From contig JAYWIR010000051.1 of the NCBI GenBank assembly GCA_036172245.1, forward strand, positions 806,001-870,000: a stretch of DNA of 64,000 nt, written 5' to 3'. Each line of letters opens with the position of its first letter. The stretch's first letter is position 1. The notes beneath the pieces were generated by a model, which did no database searches, was not told the origin of the DNA, and saw only the letters and a list, made by a program, of their open reading frames with translations. This DNA comes from Raillietiella orientalis (lineage: Eukaryota). Position numbers and translations under genes: made by a program. Below, piece by piece: positions 1 to 11,149 of the stretch.

Positions 1-2136
1 TATGAGTTCCAATATTTCAAGGCAGTAACTTGGCCAGCAACTTCCTTGAAAAAACTGCCTTCCTGTAAAATTCTGTTCTACAGCTTACAACTCAAGCTGG
101 ATCTGTCTCTCTGTCAAACAGCACTATGTCTTTCGTAATCCTTGATCTGCATATTTTTTGTTGTAGCTACTGCAAAGTGTAATAGATACTGGCCTACCCA
201 ATATGCCACACATCCTGACTGGCTATCTTCAGGCCCACACTCTGCAGATTCTCTTTTGCTGATCCTCTAAGGAACTCATGTGCACTCCTACAGCACTGCC
301 AATCAATGAGATTCATATCACCTTGGCATTCCAGCTGTCCTTTGCTCTCATCCAAAACACATCTAGGCATCTACAATGAATAAGATCAGCAACTTAGAGA
401 GCATCTCACCATGCCAGACTCAGATGGATGTGTTCTCTGGATGACTGTTTGACACATTGCTTTCAGTGTCCTCCAAGCATAATTGATGAACTGGTTATCT
501 GGACTAATCACAGTGTGTGACATGAAATCACTCCATCACTTACCTCAGCTCTATCTGAGAAGGCAATGGATCAAGTAACACAGAAAGCACGTACTGGTCC
601 TGAAATGGCACAACAAATTGAAGTGATTCCTTGGTTTAAGCATACCAAGAACACAGATGCAAGTACATGGTTGCAGGAAACTGGAATCCAGACTACAAAT
701 TCCAGCATAGGAATACACAGGTCCAAAATGCCTAAAAGATGCAAAGTGGCAGTCAGGTAAGCTAACATTTTGGAAGGCAAGTGAGCAGACAGATAATTTC
801 CTTCATTACGAAGATACAAAGCACTGCCAATCACCAAATACCTAAGCTGTTCATGCAGGATCATACACAGTGCTCTACAATCATGTCATTGCTCACCTGT
901 TCTCCTTTCTCTAGGTATCCTTGACCTACTTCAAAGGAACATAGGAGCTCATTGAAAATAAGCTACAGTAAAGACTGTATAAAGCACTTCTTATCCCATG
1001 AATTTACCTGTTGCTGAGCAGATACTGCCTTTTGAGTCACAGTGAGTAAGTTTAATGATGCATTGTTCACAAGATGATGGAACAAGTAAATGCACATCAG
1101 TTCTGTCCAGCATACACATTCTGGAGCTGTAAAGGCCCTACCACCGATCTGCTTTTCTTTGCCATTATTCTCACCTGTATAAACTGTTAAACGCCCACTG
1201 CAAACATGCAGCAAACTCTTGTACCAGACTGCTTACGGAACTCACTGACCACCTTCATAAAAGATATAATAAACTCTTCAACATTTTCAAAGCTTACTGG
1301 CCCAATGGAAAAACAACAAGCAGTAAATAAGACTCCTCAGAAATGAAACTGGCCACCATCTTTATATTCTTCAATGCTAGTACAACACTACTTCACTTTA
1401 ACATACAAGAAGATGGGATTTTATTACCTGATGGGCTCTTCAGAGCTGATGGCTTTCATGTTTCTATGCAGGGTAAGAAAAATACCTTCAGCTTGAATTA
1501 GGAAGTCAGGTACTGTTGCAGGATAAAGGAATATTGGATCCTTTTGCGTGTTTATTTCACTAAGAGTCCAGTCACCAACAAAAGAAAGCATAAAAGGCCA
1601 GTTCAATTCCTTGTCCACAGATGAGAAAACAGACTTTATTAGCAAGAAAGCTTGGTGGCCAGAATAAATTGATGTGGATGGTTGCTGGTTCAACAAAGAA
1701 TTTGGCCAGCCCAATAAATTTACGTACAGCAAACTCCCCAGTTCACTATACTCCATCCAGTTCCTAAATTGTATTAATATTAGTGTGAAGAACAGAAAGT
1801 TTTTTTTTTGACTAATTTAAAAATCATGAGTTAAAATCTTGCAAATCAAGCACTCAATTAGCTTTATTAATATGTATCATTGACTGTATTTAGGGACCTG
1901 TATTTAAAGACACAATTTACAACATGGTAGCTTAAAATACAATCCTGGTTTGTGAACGCAAATTCTTCTACACTTTGGCTTGCAGTTACAGTTTAACAAA
2001 TACGAAGGTCATAGGATATAGAGGCATTTCCGCAATACAAACTATTACAGTAAACACAGAAAAGCAAAACTTTCAACCTTTCATCGTCTGGAACGTCTGT
2101 TTTTTCTGAAATGCTTAAGCGTTCAAATTCATACAT
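1..2136 (-). CDS. INTU: Inturned planar cell polarity effector (CPLANE subunit, longin domains); multi-exon, 3' end beyond the left edge
   Basis: Manual splicing: exon1 2136-2078 (MYEFERLSISEKTDVPDDER), exon2 1763-1428, then several exons with ~40-55 nt GT-AG introns. Peptides align in order with remembered human INTU: NWMEYSELGSLLYVNL (~EWLDSVQKNGELFYLEL), DPIFLYP..GIFLTLHRNM (~ILYHYP..GIFLTLCDML), LQWAFNSLYRAF (~LKFMYGSLDSAF), YLVIGSALYL..YLSAHLP (~YTILGSSLFY..LICSHLP), FVVWIPV, PDNQFINYAWRTL (~PDCVYVDQVKTTL). Some junctions near 860-930 and below 250 are unresolved. Confidence 0.8.
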
Positions 2137-2280
2137 GTGTTTTGGTTGCACAAGAAAAAAGTACTTGGAATACAAATAGATGTATCTGCTCCCAAGTAAT
2201 ATTGGAAACGCGCGGGAAAGAAAATTCCTTGTTCAAAGTAGAACGTTTCTGCCTTCCATTAGTGTTTCAAATTCCAATGA

Positions 2281-3998
2281 GGTCCATCCACCACAAACGC
2301 TACGGCTCTCCTCTGCAGCACCAACCACTTCGCAGGAAAAACAAAAGGTCATCGTGGTCGCATCCGTGCCCCGGAGGCGTCCAAGGAGACCACGAGCGTG
2401 CGTTCCCGAAGCTTAGTGAGGAGGGCCACCCTCCGGGAGGAATGCATCTCGGGGGAGAGAGCCTGGTTCGGCCTGCGTCTTGACCAGAACAGTATCGACA
2501 TGGAGATTCCATTCGAGGAGCTCACTCCCTATCGACATAAATTCCGAAACCGGGAAATGGTGCTCATCGACGGGAATTGCTTCTCGTGCACACATAATCT
2601 GCTCAAACATGAACCCCGTCATTCATGCATCACTTTTTCGAATGAGCCGCTGACTCTTCTTCTTGGTCTTTACGATTCAGTTTACACCCAGCAAAATGCC
2701 TGCTGCTTTTAACTCCACAGAGCATTCAGAAGATTTTCAAGGCTAAATAGTGCTTGAGGACTGCATACACTCCTCCGTGATTAAGGAGATTTCTGATTTG
2801 AATCTCGGGGACTTTTACTTTTCAGCATTCCAGGCACTCGGACACTCTTCGACAAATTTAGAAACAGCTCTGTTTGAGTCCGGGGATCAATTGGCTGCTT
2901 GAAGATGAACAAATCTGTTTGAACGGCTTGCAAACTTCCAGTTGCTATTGGGACGATACGACACTGTTTGACGTGATCGATCATATGCTATAAGTTGCAT
3001 TTCCGGGTTGCTATAACAGCCATCGCAGCTTCACAGTCCTCCTCATAATAATTATTTATTTTATTGGAAGCATATTAGCAGAGAAGTGATACTGAGAAAA
3101 CTGAATTGCCTTCAAAACCCAACTTCATGCACAATGGATATTTTCCGCATATCACGAAAAAGGAGCTAAGAGTTTGTACTTTTTCGATAGATTCCACACA
3201 GATTTCCATATATGTGTGCAGCCAATTCAATTCTTGATGGGGAGAGATTCTTGAGATTTACGGCTGCTTTCATTGAATGGTCAAACTCTAGATTCATTTT
3301 AAATGTGGCGCAAATCAGACTTCTGCATTATCTTACCATTTATAAAGTTATAGGAATTTGCAGCAGAACTTGGGATCCCTCTTTCCTCATTCTCGTTTTT
3401 TCTCTAGGTATTAGGAAATCAATATCAGTGAACCCAATTCACGGCAGAAGAGAGCAGAGAGTTCTCGAAAAAAGAAATGATGAAAAATTCAAGAAAACTT
3501 TACAGAAGTCTCACATTTACAAAAAGCTTCCAAATTTTATGTACTCTCAGTAGAGGTTGATGAAGACTTTGAACCTCAGTTTCAACAACCTAACCCTCCA
3601 TGAAGCAACACTTTCTCTTTTCTGAGGAAACTGAGATGATGAGACAAACAATAGGACATTTCTGGAATCGTCGATGCCTAGGAAGAGGGACCGGGCTTAA
3701 AAGTCTCGCCTCCAAATTGAGTGTAACAGCTATCGACACGCTGATGAATGCTGAGGAAAAGAGATCCCGGATCCGGAGAAAAGTTCTCGCCTGTGTCTAT
3801 CAGCACATCTCGAAAAAAGCCAGAAGGAAGCTCGAAGAATGGAAGGAATCTGCACCTAGCCACTGGACGAATAACCACACAGATATCCTATGGGGTTCTA
3901 CTTCTTGCAAATGTAAATTGTCTTTGCTATGGATAACCTACAGATCCAATTTACACCATGTCGTCTTTCCAGTGTCACTTTGTAACGAATTCCCATGA
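2281..3998 (+). CDS. Possible uncharacterised multi-exon gene divergent from INTU
   Basis: Open frames 2281-2712 and 3600-3998 with plausible composition and scattered pyrimidine-AG acceptors (2720, 2825, 3407). No family recognised and no consistent spliced model built. Confidence 0.25.
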
Positions 3999-4023
3999 CT
4001 AAGAAATGACTTCTTGGTTGCAA

Positions 4024-4426
4024 ATGAATTTCCCGTTATTAAGAAATGGCTTCTTGGTGTAAATGCATCGCGACATATTTTCCCTTCGAGGTGGCAATCT
4101 TGAGGATGAGTCTGCGTGAAGTTTGCGCGTGACACCGCTGGTGGTATTTGTTCCTCCGACTCGATCGTTCCATTAAGTAATTACTGGAATTATTACATCT
4201 ATTGCACTGTTATTTGGAATCCTTGCGGTTCCATCCATTCTGTTGGCCATCCTTTTCCTGGGCATTTTCGATGCTTCGTTCCGCGTAGACGCCCATCAAG
4301 TCGCGTTCCATGACAGGCCAGCGCCAATCAAAGTGGAACCCCAAAACTTCTGTTCCTTGGTTGTGCTGCTGCTGGTGACCTTCCCTAGTGCCAACCGCTT
4401 ATCAAAAATTCTATTTAACGTGACAT
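4024..4426. repeat. Left arm of a ~390-400 bp near-perfect inverted repeat
   Basis: Reverse complement of ~6411-6813. The ORF track shows identical peptides on opposite strands (MKFARDTAGG.., MAILFLGIF.., MSRANFTQ..). Confidence 0.95.
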
Positions 4427-4429
4427 CAA

Positions 4430-6330
4430 ATAAGCCATTCTAATTAGAGTTGTGGTTTACATTAGGGTGGTAGCCATGGTGTATTCGGGGAGGATTGCGA
4501 TCGGGGAAAAGGGAATAGAAGTGTTTACTTATGACTCTTTATACGTTGACTCACGGTGCGTTTGAGTAGTTGATTTCTGTGTTCGCGAGGCTGGTAATTC
4601 ACAGGTGCAAGCTCTATTCTTTGGAAGGGGGGAGGAGGAGGGGAGAAGGACTCATAATGGTGTCGGTATCTTGAGGTTGGCGGAATTTCCTTTCCTAAGG
4701 ATGCTTTGAAGGAAGGATTACCTGATGAGCTCGATGTGTGTGCTATTCCGCGTGGGGCAAAGAGGTTGTCAGATCATGGCATTGGCTGGCATGGTGTTGA
4801 GATATGCGATACGGGTGTAGGGATATGCTGGGGTGATTGGGATGACGGGAAGTGGGAGAAGGGCGCAGATAGACGTGCAAGTACGGATGCTGAATTCCCT
4901 TGTTCCGTTGATTGTTTTGAATTCTTTTTCGTTTGGAAATTACGGGGAGCAGTTGGCCGCGTTGGAGTTTGAGATTTGTGCTGTCGGAGAAGCGACTGGC
5001 AGTTATAAATGAGATTAATGGTCGAAGAGTAATCAGGGTAAGTACAGTCAATATAGTAATTAAAAATAAGGGTGTCGTGACAACGTCGCGGTTTCACGGC
5101 AGCAAGAGATCCAATGACGAGTGATAGCCAGGAGTGGACACGGTGAAGCAGCTTCCCCCAAATTTCCCCCCCCCCCCCACAAGACGTTTCACAAATCCTG
5201 AAATCTTAACGGAACACCTTGGTTACTTTAAAGGGTAGGAAGATAATAAGTCGATTAAGCAAGTAAATATAAGAATTGAGAAAACGAAGCGAACATTTGT
5301 TCTAAAATCTTAATTATGTAAAACGGAGCACGTGAAAATAGTAAAATAAACTCAGCAGCATTTAAAATATATTAATTTTCATAATTTTTCACGGAACACT
5401 TATTGACTTTGCGCGGAACACCAGTGTTCCGCCGAACACAGTTTCCGAAACGCTGTGGTAAGGGAAGGAATATGCATAAAGTGCTCAATGGTTTGTTTTG
5501 TGTTCCCTGTTGTTTCATTTTTTGTTGTTGCTGTTTTGTCACGATGGCTTTTGGAGTCAGTGAGGAATCGAACCTCTCGTTCTAAATTGATTAGGATCTC
5601 TTGGAAAACTGCTGCAACGCGGGGATTTCATTTGATATGCTGGCCGTGTAAGGGGGAGGGAGACTGTATGCAGGATGATGAGTCGGTGCATGGAGAATGA
5701 ATATTCAAAGAGACTTAGTAGCCATTAGTAACGATTAACAATGTGAGCTGAAGCGGCATTTTGCTTAAAATTCCTGTGGCTCATAAATGGATGGATTTTA
5801 GAATTCGTATTTTTTTGGCTATGGACCGAGGTAAGATGATGAAATAGATGTAGGACTGCAATCACCTGATATCTCTGGATAGGATGAATATTCATGAAAC
5901 TGTGAATCCAAGTGAATAATTCACATTTTCATTCAGTGGTGCGATCAGCGGTGGTCATGGCACAGACGTGAACAGGGGATGAGAGGGAGGTGCAAAGAGC
6001 TCTGCATTCGAGGATCGAAAAGATGGTGACACTTAAGGAGAGCCTGATGGAGGCGGGAAGCGATTTATTAGATTTTGGATCAGATCCAAATTCTGGGAAG
6101 GGGGAGGGGATGAAACGCTACAACCGAACGACAGGGAGGATGCAACGACTGTAATGAGAGGGAAGATTAGAGACGCAATCAAAATGGAAGGTACAAAGGA
6201 GAATAAATGTTTCATTTCTCTGAAAGTAGAGGCGGAATGGCAACGACCGCCACTGAAGGGTTAGAAGTCCTCGGTTGCATCTCGCAAACTGAATTAATCA
6301 ATTGATGCTAAGTGTAACAACGACCCCTTG
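4430..6330 (-). mobile_element. Decayed Penelope-like element (RT + GIY-YIG remnant) between the inverted arms
   Basis: Frameshifted motifs in Penelope order on the - strand: SF..SL..LP (~6190), PPLSSPV (~SPLSPV, ~5980), LKSIH (~5795), LPH (~4750), KRTVSQRIKSHK and SPIA..GYHP (GIY-YIG C-terminal half, 4560-4460). Confidence 0.55.
5149..5455. mobile_element. Non-autonomous hAT-type MITE (~307 bp) nested in the Penelope remnant
   Basis: Starts CAGCTTCCCCCAAA and ends GCGGAACACCAGTGTTCCGCCGAACACAGTTTCCGAAACGCTG, a typical hAT/Charlie-like end with repeated CGGAACAC motifs. AT-rich core; degenerate 8-bp flanks CGGTGAAG / TGGTAAGG. Confidence 0.6.
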
Positions 6331-6410
6331 CACTGTGCAGATTGAAATGTAGAAAATGTTTGAGATGTCGGGCGGAATAAAAAAAAAAAAAAAAATGGAC
6401 TACAAAAGAA

Positions 6411-6813
6411 ATATCATGTTGAATAGAATTTTTGATAAGCGGTTGGCACTAGGGAAGGTCACCAGCAGCAGCACAACCAAGGAACAGAAGTTTTGGGGTT
6501 CCACTTTGATTGGCGCTGGCCTGTCATGGAACGCGACTTGATGGGCGTCTACGCGGAACGAAGCATCGAAAATGCCCAGGAAAAGGATGGCCAACAGAAT
6601 GGATGGAACCGCAAGGATTCCAAATAACAGTGCAATAGATGTAATAATTCCAGTAATTACTTAATGGAACGATCGAGTCGGAGGAACAAATACCACCAGC
6701 GGTGTCACGCGCAAACTTCACGCAGACTCATCCTCAAGATTGCCACCTCGAAGGGAAAATATGTCGCGATGCATTTACACCAAGAAGCCATTTCTTAATA
6801 ACGGGAAATTCAT
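6411..6813. repeat. Right arm of the inverted repeat
   Basis: Reverse complement of 4024-4426, with mismatches seen only at the edges. Confidence 0.95.
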
Positions 6814-7559
6814 CTGCAGTGTATAAGTGTATACACGCACGTGTTGAAACAGAACGGCGCTTAATCATGCAGATGAGAAAAGGAAAAGGGTTGGACCACG
6901 TTTACGGTAAGCTCGAATGAAGGATGGTGAGTCTTGGATGGTGAGTGATCAGTGGAGAGCTAGGGATAAAAGGTGGGGCAAGCGATCAGGGAAAGTCCAT
7001 GGAAAAAAGTAGGGCTGAAAATGGGATCTGCGGGGGAACACTGGAACCAATCGAAGGCTCGGGGAAGCCAAAAATGCTCTGAGGACGGCGATTCAAGAGC
7101 CAAGAAGACAGTCGCTGTCTCCAGAAAGAGCGATGGACCCACGCCACCGTATTGCCTGGCTGAGGAGCAGAAGCACGACTTTTGTGGCACGTGGATACAT
7201 GACGATGCTGGAAACGGACCAGGAGAGGATGGATTGCCGGCTGAGTGGAACGAAAAAATGATCAGAAGACACAAATAGGAAATTTTTGAAAAGGTGAGCC
7301 CAGCCATCACAAACGTTTATCATTCCCGTCCAGAGGATTCTTGGAGACGAGGATTCGACTTCCTCCCCAGAGGAGCCTATTTGAGATGTTGGATAGAATG
7401 AAGATTAGGAATGGCACTCTTTTCTTTTTGTTTGTTTTTATAAATAAAAATAAAATAAAAGGGTCATTAGCGACCTCACGGGGAGATTGTTGCTATTGAC
7501 CTAGATGCTTTCGCTGCATTCCTTCCAGCTTCTTTTTTTTTTTCATCTACATTTTCTTT

Positions 7560-7795
7560 TTTTTGGTTTGCAAAGCACCCCAAGACTATAGGGGAGCTCA
7601 CAAAGCTCTTTGGCGCTGTCCACGCCACCGGAGGGTGCGTGTAACTCTTTGGATCGGGGATAGCCCCAGAGGGACCACTCTGTGAATCCAAGACGGTTTC
7701 GGAGGAAGAAGTCCGTCCCTTTCTTACGCTCGGGAGGGAACCCCGAAGGGTGCCCTCGCCCTGGCTCTCTCTGACTTCCACCCGGAAACGCCGGG
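7560..7795 (-). mobile_element. 3' part of the tRNA-headed SINE-like family
   Basis: Reverse complement matches 48970-49110 and 58435-58620 (CCGGGTGGAAG..GGACGGACT..GGATTCACAGAGTGGTCC..CACGCACC..AAAGAGCTT.GTGAGCT). Confidence 0.65.
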
Positions 7796-8420
7796 GGCGT
7801 TTATTAAAATTTAAAAGGAACTCGCATAATTGTGGTCGGACACATGTTGTCGTGGACCAACTGAGAGTGCTACCACTGCCGCGTCGACGGCCCGCAGGCC
7901 GGCGAGGGTCACTTCGACAGCGCTGGGGAGGGGAGAAAACTAAGGAAAAATAAAATGAAAAATGAATCAATAAAAACACCCTGGAGGGCCGGGAAGGGAT
8001 CGCAGTCTGCTGGAGGGAATCTTCTGCATCCTTTTCAAGATGCCGGCTGAGTCCGCCTGGATAGCACCCGGGTGGAGCCACCTCGCTGCCGTCCGCAGGA
8101 AGCGGAGGTGGCGTCCCTTTCGTTCGCTCCTGCTTCCGCGTCCGTTCCGGGCCGCCGCAGTGCCGCGGGGACGGCGAAGAGCTGCTGAGGCTACGGCTGG
8201 CGGCAGAGCAGCCCTTGCGAGACCGGGGTTTCATAGGGCCATCCCAAAATGTTCCCACCACAGGGGCCGGAGGGCAACACAGTCCACAAGCAGGTGCGGG
8301 AGGGAGGATTCCCGTTCCCCGCACCTGCGGCAGTCCGGACTCCCTTGGTCCAGTAACGTCGGCGACTCTGCAGGGAAGACCCTAGTGCAGCAGTAAGATC
8401 GTCGACCCTTTGCCACTACA
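7796..8420 (-). mobile_element. 5'-truncated Tx1/L1-like LINE 3' end (zf-RVT zinc knuckle, 3' UTR, AATAAA)
   Basis: PDCRRCGERESSLPHLLVDCVALRPLW CCHC motif; downstream RFLRTAARW..ILKRMQK and the 3' UTR are homologous to the copy at 62.3-63.1 kb; AATAAA on - at 7800-7805. Confidence 0.7.
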
Positions 8421-8479
8421 GAGGGGGGGGCGCTGCTGTCCTAAAGCATTGGGGACCATTCCAGGTCCTCTCTAGGAAT

Positions 8480-9127
8480 GTCGAGCAGCTCTCCCCGGCA
8501 TTGGAACCCTCGAAGGAGGGCAGTTGGGGTGTCCAAAGTTGTCATTGATCGTCTCCGAAGAAGCCCCCCATGGGAACCTCTTCTTTCGCAAGAAGCCGCC
8601 TTCCTTTTTCTTCTCTTGAGGGAACCCGAAGGAACCTCTCCTGGAATTTCTTCTCCAGGGGGAATTATTTTTTACTCCTCTGAAGAGAAACTCGAAGAGT
8701 CGCTTCTGAATTTTTGCTGAAGGGCGCTGTCCGAGGGTAACAGCGCACTTGACACTCTGGGGAGGCCACTCCCGAGAGTGTGTCAACCAGTTTCATGGTA
8801 CACGATGGAGACTCCTCCCCTTCCTCCCTCCGAGAGGGGAAGTCTCCATCTTCACAACCGGAAGGGAACCCTGAAGGGCTTCTTGATTCTTGGAAAGACC
8901 CTGGAGGATCAAATTCCAATCCTGGCGAGTCAACGGGGGCATCCGATCTCCACTGGTGCCGCATCCGAAACCTTCAGGTCAACCAGTGTCATTTTGCTGG
9001 GGAAGGGGGGAAGAGAACTCGAAATCCACGACGCACATCCCATTTCTCGGAGTCGGCCCTCCTCGGGCGGGATTCGAACCTGCGACGCCTGGTGCGACGC
9101 GCGCTGAAACTGCAGCCACGCGGCTCC
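8480..9127 (-). mobile_element. tRNA-derived SINE-like element, head and body
   Basis: On - strand GGAGCCGCGTGGCTGCAGT (A-box-like) ... GGTTCGAATCCC (B box, 9069-9080). Body homologous to 34055-34450, 45390-45600, 48300-49110 and 58435-59150. Confidence 0.75.
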
Positions 9128-9389
9128 GACGCAGTCTCCCTCCATCCCAGTTTGGACCACGGCGCCACGTCCTGCACTAGAGAGATGGCAGGTCCGAACG
9201 GCTTCCTCCAGCTCTCTTTGCGGAAGAGACGCGCTCCCTCCCGTCCCCATTTCTGGACTGCTTTGTTACCTTCCGTGCTGCTGGTCCTGTGAGCTCCCAC
9301 ACCACCTCTTGAGCCGTCTCCTAGCGGGGACCATTGCATCCCATCTCTGCTCCTCTCGATCCGAGGAACGAGGGGCTGGGAGGCGTGTC

Positions 9390-10900
9390 TTCACCCGCCG
9401 ACTGCATTCTTGTCTTTACCTCGGATCCGCAGCCGCCTCAAGGCATAAGTTGCAGGTTTTCCGTGGTTCCAGCTCCCGTGACGCGTTCCCCAGACAGCTG
9501 CATCACATCGAGCTCGAGTCGACGTGGGGTGGTTTCCAAGGTCCTCAGGGCCATCCCCCTTTGGGAAATTCACCATTCCCCCTTGTAGAGAGGGAACCTC
9601 TCTGCGAAGAGCCATGTTTCATTGAGGGTGATGGCAAGGCTGCCCGCTCCTTACTTGCCAGGAGGAGGAAGTCGTCTGTACCCTGGAAAGGATGCTGGGG
9701 ATGCCAGAGAGGTGGCTGTGATCTCTTACCGCGCTCCCTGGGCAATCTGCTTGTCAGCAGCTTCCGGGACTTCCGCCGATGGGATAGGGTGGGATTCAGG
9801 CTCCTACTCTGAAGGAAAGACTTTTTTCACCTTTGAACTGACCGTTTCCTTGCAAAGCACGGATTTTACGATAAACGCCCCGGCATGACCTTCTCCTCCC
9901 GGGTATCTGGGTCATCTAATTGAAGTGAATGAGCTAAGTTACGCAGTCACAGGCAGTGAAGGGTCGACCCTCGTCAGGTCGAGCGCGAAGAGATCCCCTT
10001 TGCAGAGATCAGATCTGGGAAGAATTGAGGAAAAGAAGGGGGGATCGATGAATGGGGATGGAATGAACCAACCTCACGGCACCCTTGCTATCCCCGTCTG
10101 ACTCGGGCAGGGAAGGGACAGAATGGCTCTGGAGTGCTCTCGTCTGTTTGGAGTCAGCCTGCCCGCAAGCTTTCTAAGGCTCCCTCGTGCCCCACTTCCC
10201 AGACTGGACCATTCATCTCATCTCCCCGTTCGCACGTAGGAGACGACGGCTAATCACCAACGGCTCCCTGGGATGCCGGCCATGCCCTTCCTCCGCCTTG
10301 ATGGTCGCCGTGGCTCGCACATGGCGGAGCATGGTCGACAATGAGGCGACCGTCGAGCCCAGAGGAGGGGACATCCCTCAGAAGGGATCATCTCGCTGGG
10401 GCGGCGCCGGGGAGACGAAGCGTCTTGGGAATTGCGCTCCCATCCCTGGCGCATCCTCCAGCATCCTGGCAGTGCTCGCGCGAGTATCTCCCCTGTCCCA
10501 AAGGGAGGGCGCTCCTCGGGTGCTCTCCCTGCTGAAGCGTGGCAGCGTTCCCCGAGTTCGGGGGGGGGGGCCTCCCAGTACACTCACGAGATGGCGACCT
10601 GCTGGTGCCTAAGAGAGAGGTACGAAAGCGTCCATCGGGAAGCACAGGACCTCGAAGCTATCCCGGGGAATCCCTTGAGATTTCATCCGTCTTCGTCCTC
10701 CCCGATCCGGAGTCTCCAGAGTGGCCTCGTTCGCCAGGTGAGACGCTTTCCGGGTCTGAGGGGCTTGGGATCCCCCTCGGAGGTGCGACAGTTCACCTTT
10801 CACGCTGCAGGAGCAGCCTTTGCTCCCCATCCCAACGAGAAAGGGATGGATCGGGAGACTGAGTGAAACCCCAACGGTCAGCCAGCGGTGTCGCAAGGAT
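9390..10900 (-). mobile_element. Decayed Penelope-like element, 3' half
   Basis: VYWEAP..CHAS..ILARA (~VYRKPT..HASSHHP..LV.RA); HRRKSRKLL..RERG..LWHP (~RRKIREAI..NRD.G..W.P); CCTGAGGA terminal-motif remnant at ~9542-9549. Possibly interrupted near 9840-10180. Confidence 0.5.
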
Positions 10901-11149
10901 AAGGCCATCTGATTTTCCTTTTCATCTGATTTACCAGCAAGCACGGATGCCTGTATGTCGCCACGATGCCTGCACGCATCCGTTCGCCCAAAGCATTTCT
11001 GCTTTGGACCCGGAAACGCTGGAACTCCGTTCAAAGTAAGTAAACATGCGTCAAGGTGCCCTGAGAACACGAGCAGGGAAACTCCGACACGCATGCCAAC
11101 GACTAGGAGGAAAACGCGCGCACCATAAAGCGGTCAGGGGGCAAGAAGG

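Noticed and set aside
4721..4760. CTGATGAG as an intact hammerhead core (also at 55570)
   Set aside because: No stem II followed by GAAA.
6960..7400. Possible LINE fragment (ARQYGGVG ~ GGLG) on the - strand
   Set aside because: Only one weak motif.
9061..9127. tRNA genes at the GGTTCGAATCCC motifs (also ~45575, ~46370, ~48341)
   Set aside because: No complete cloverleaf, and most continue into a shared repeat body, so they are SINE heads.
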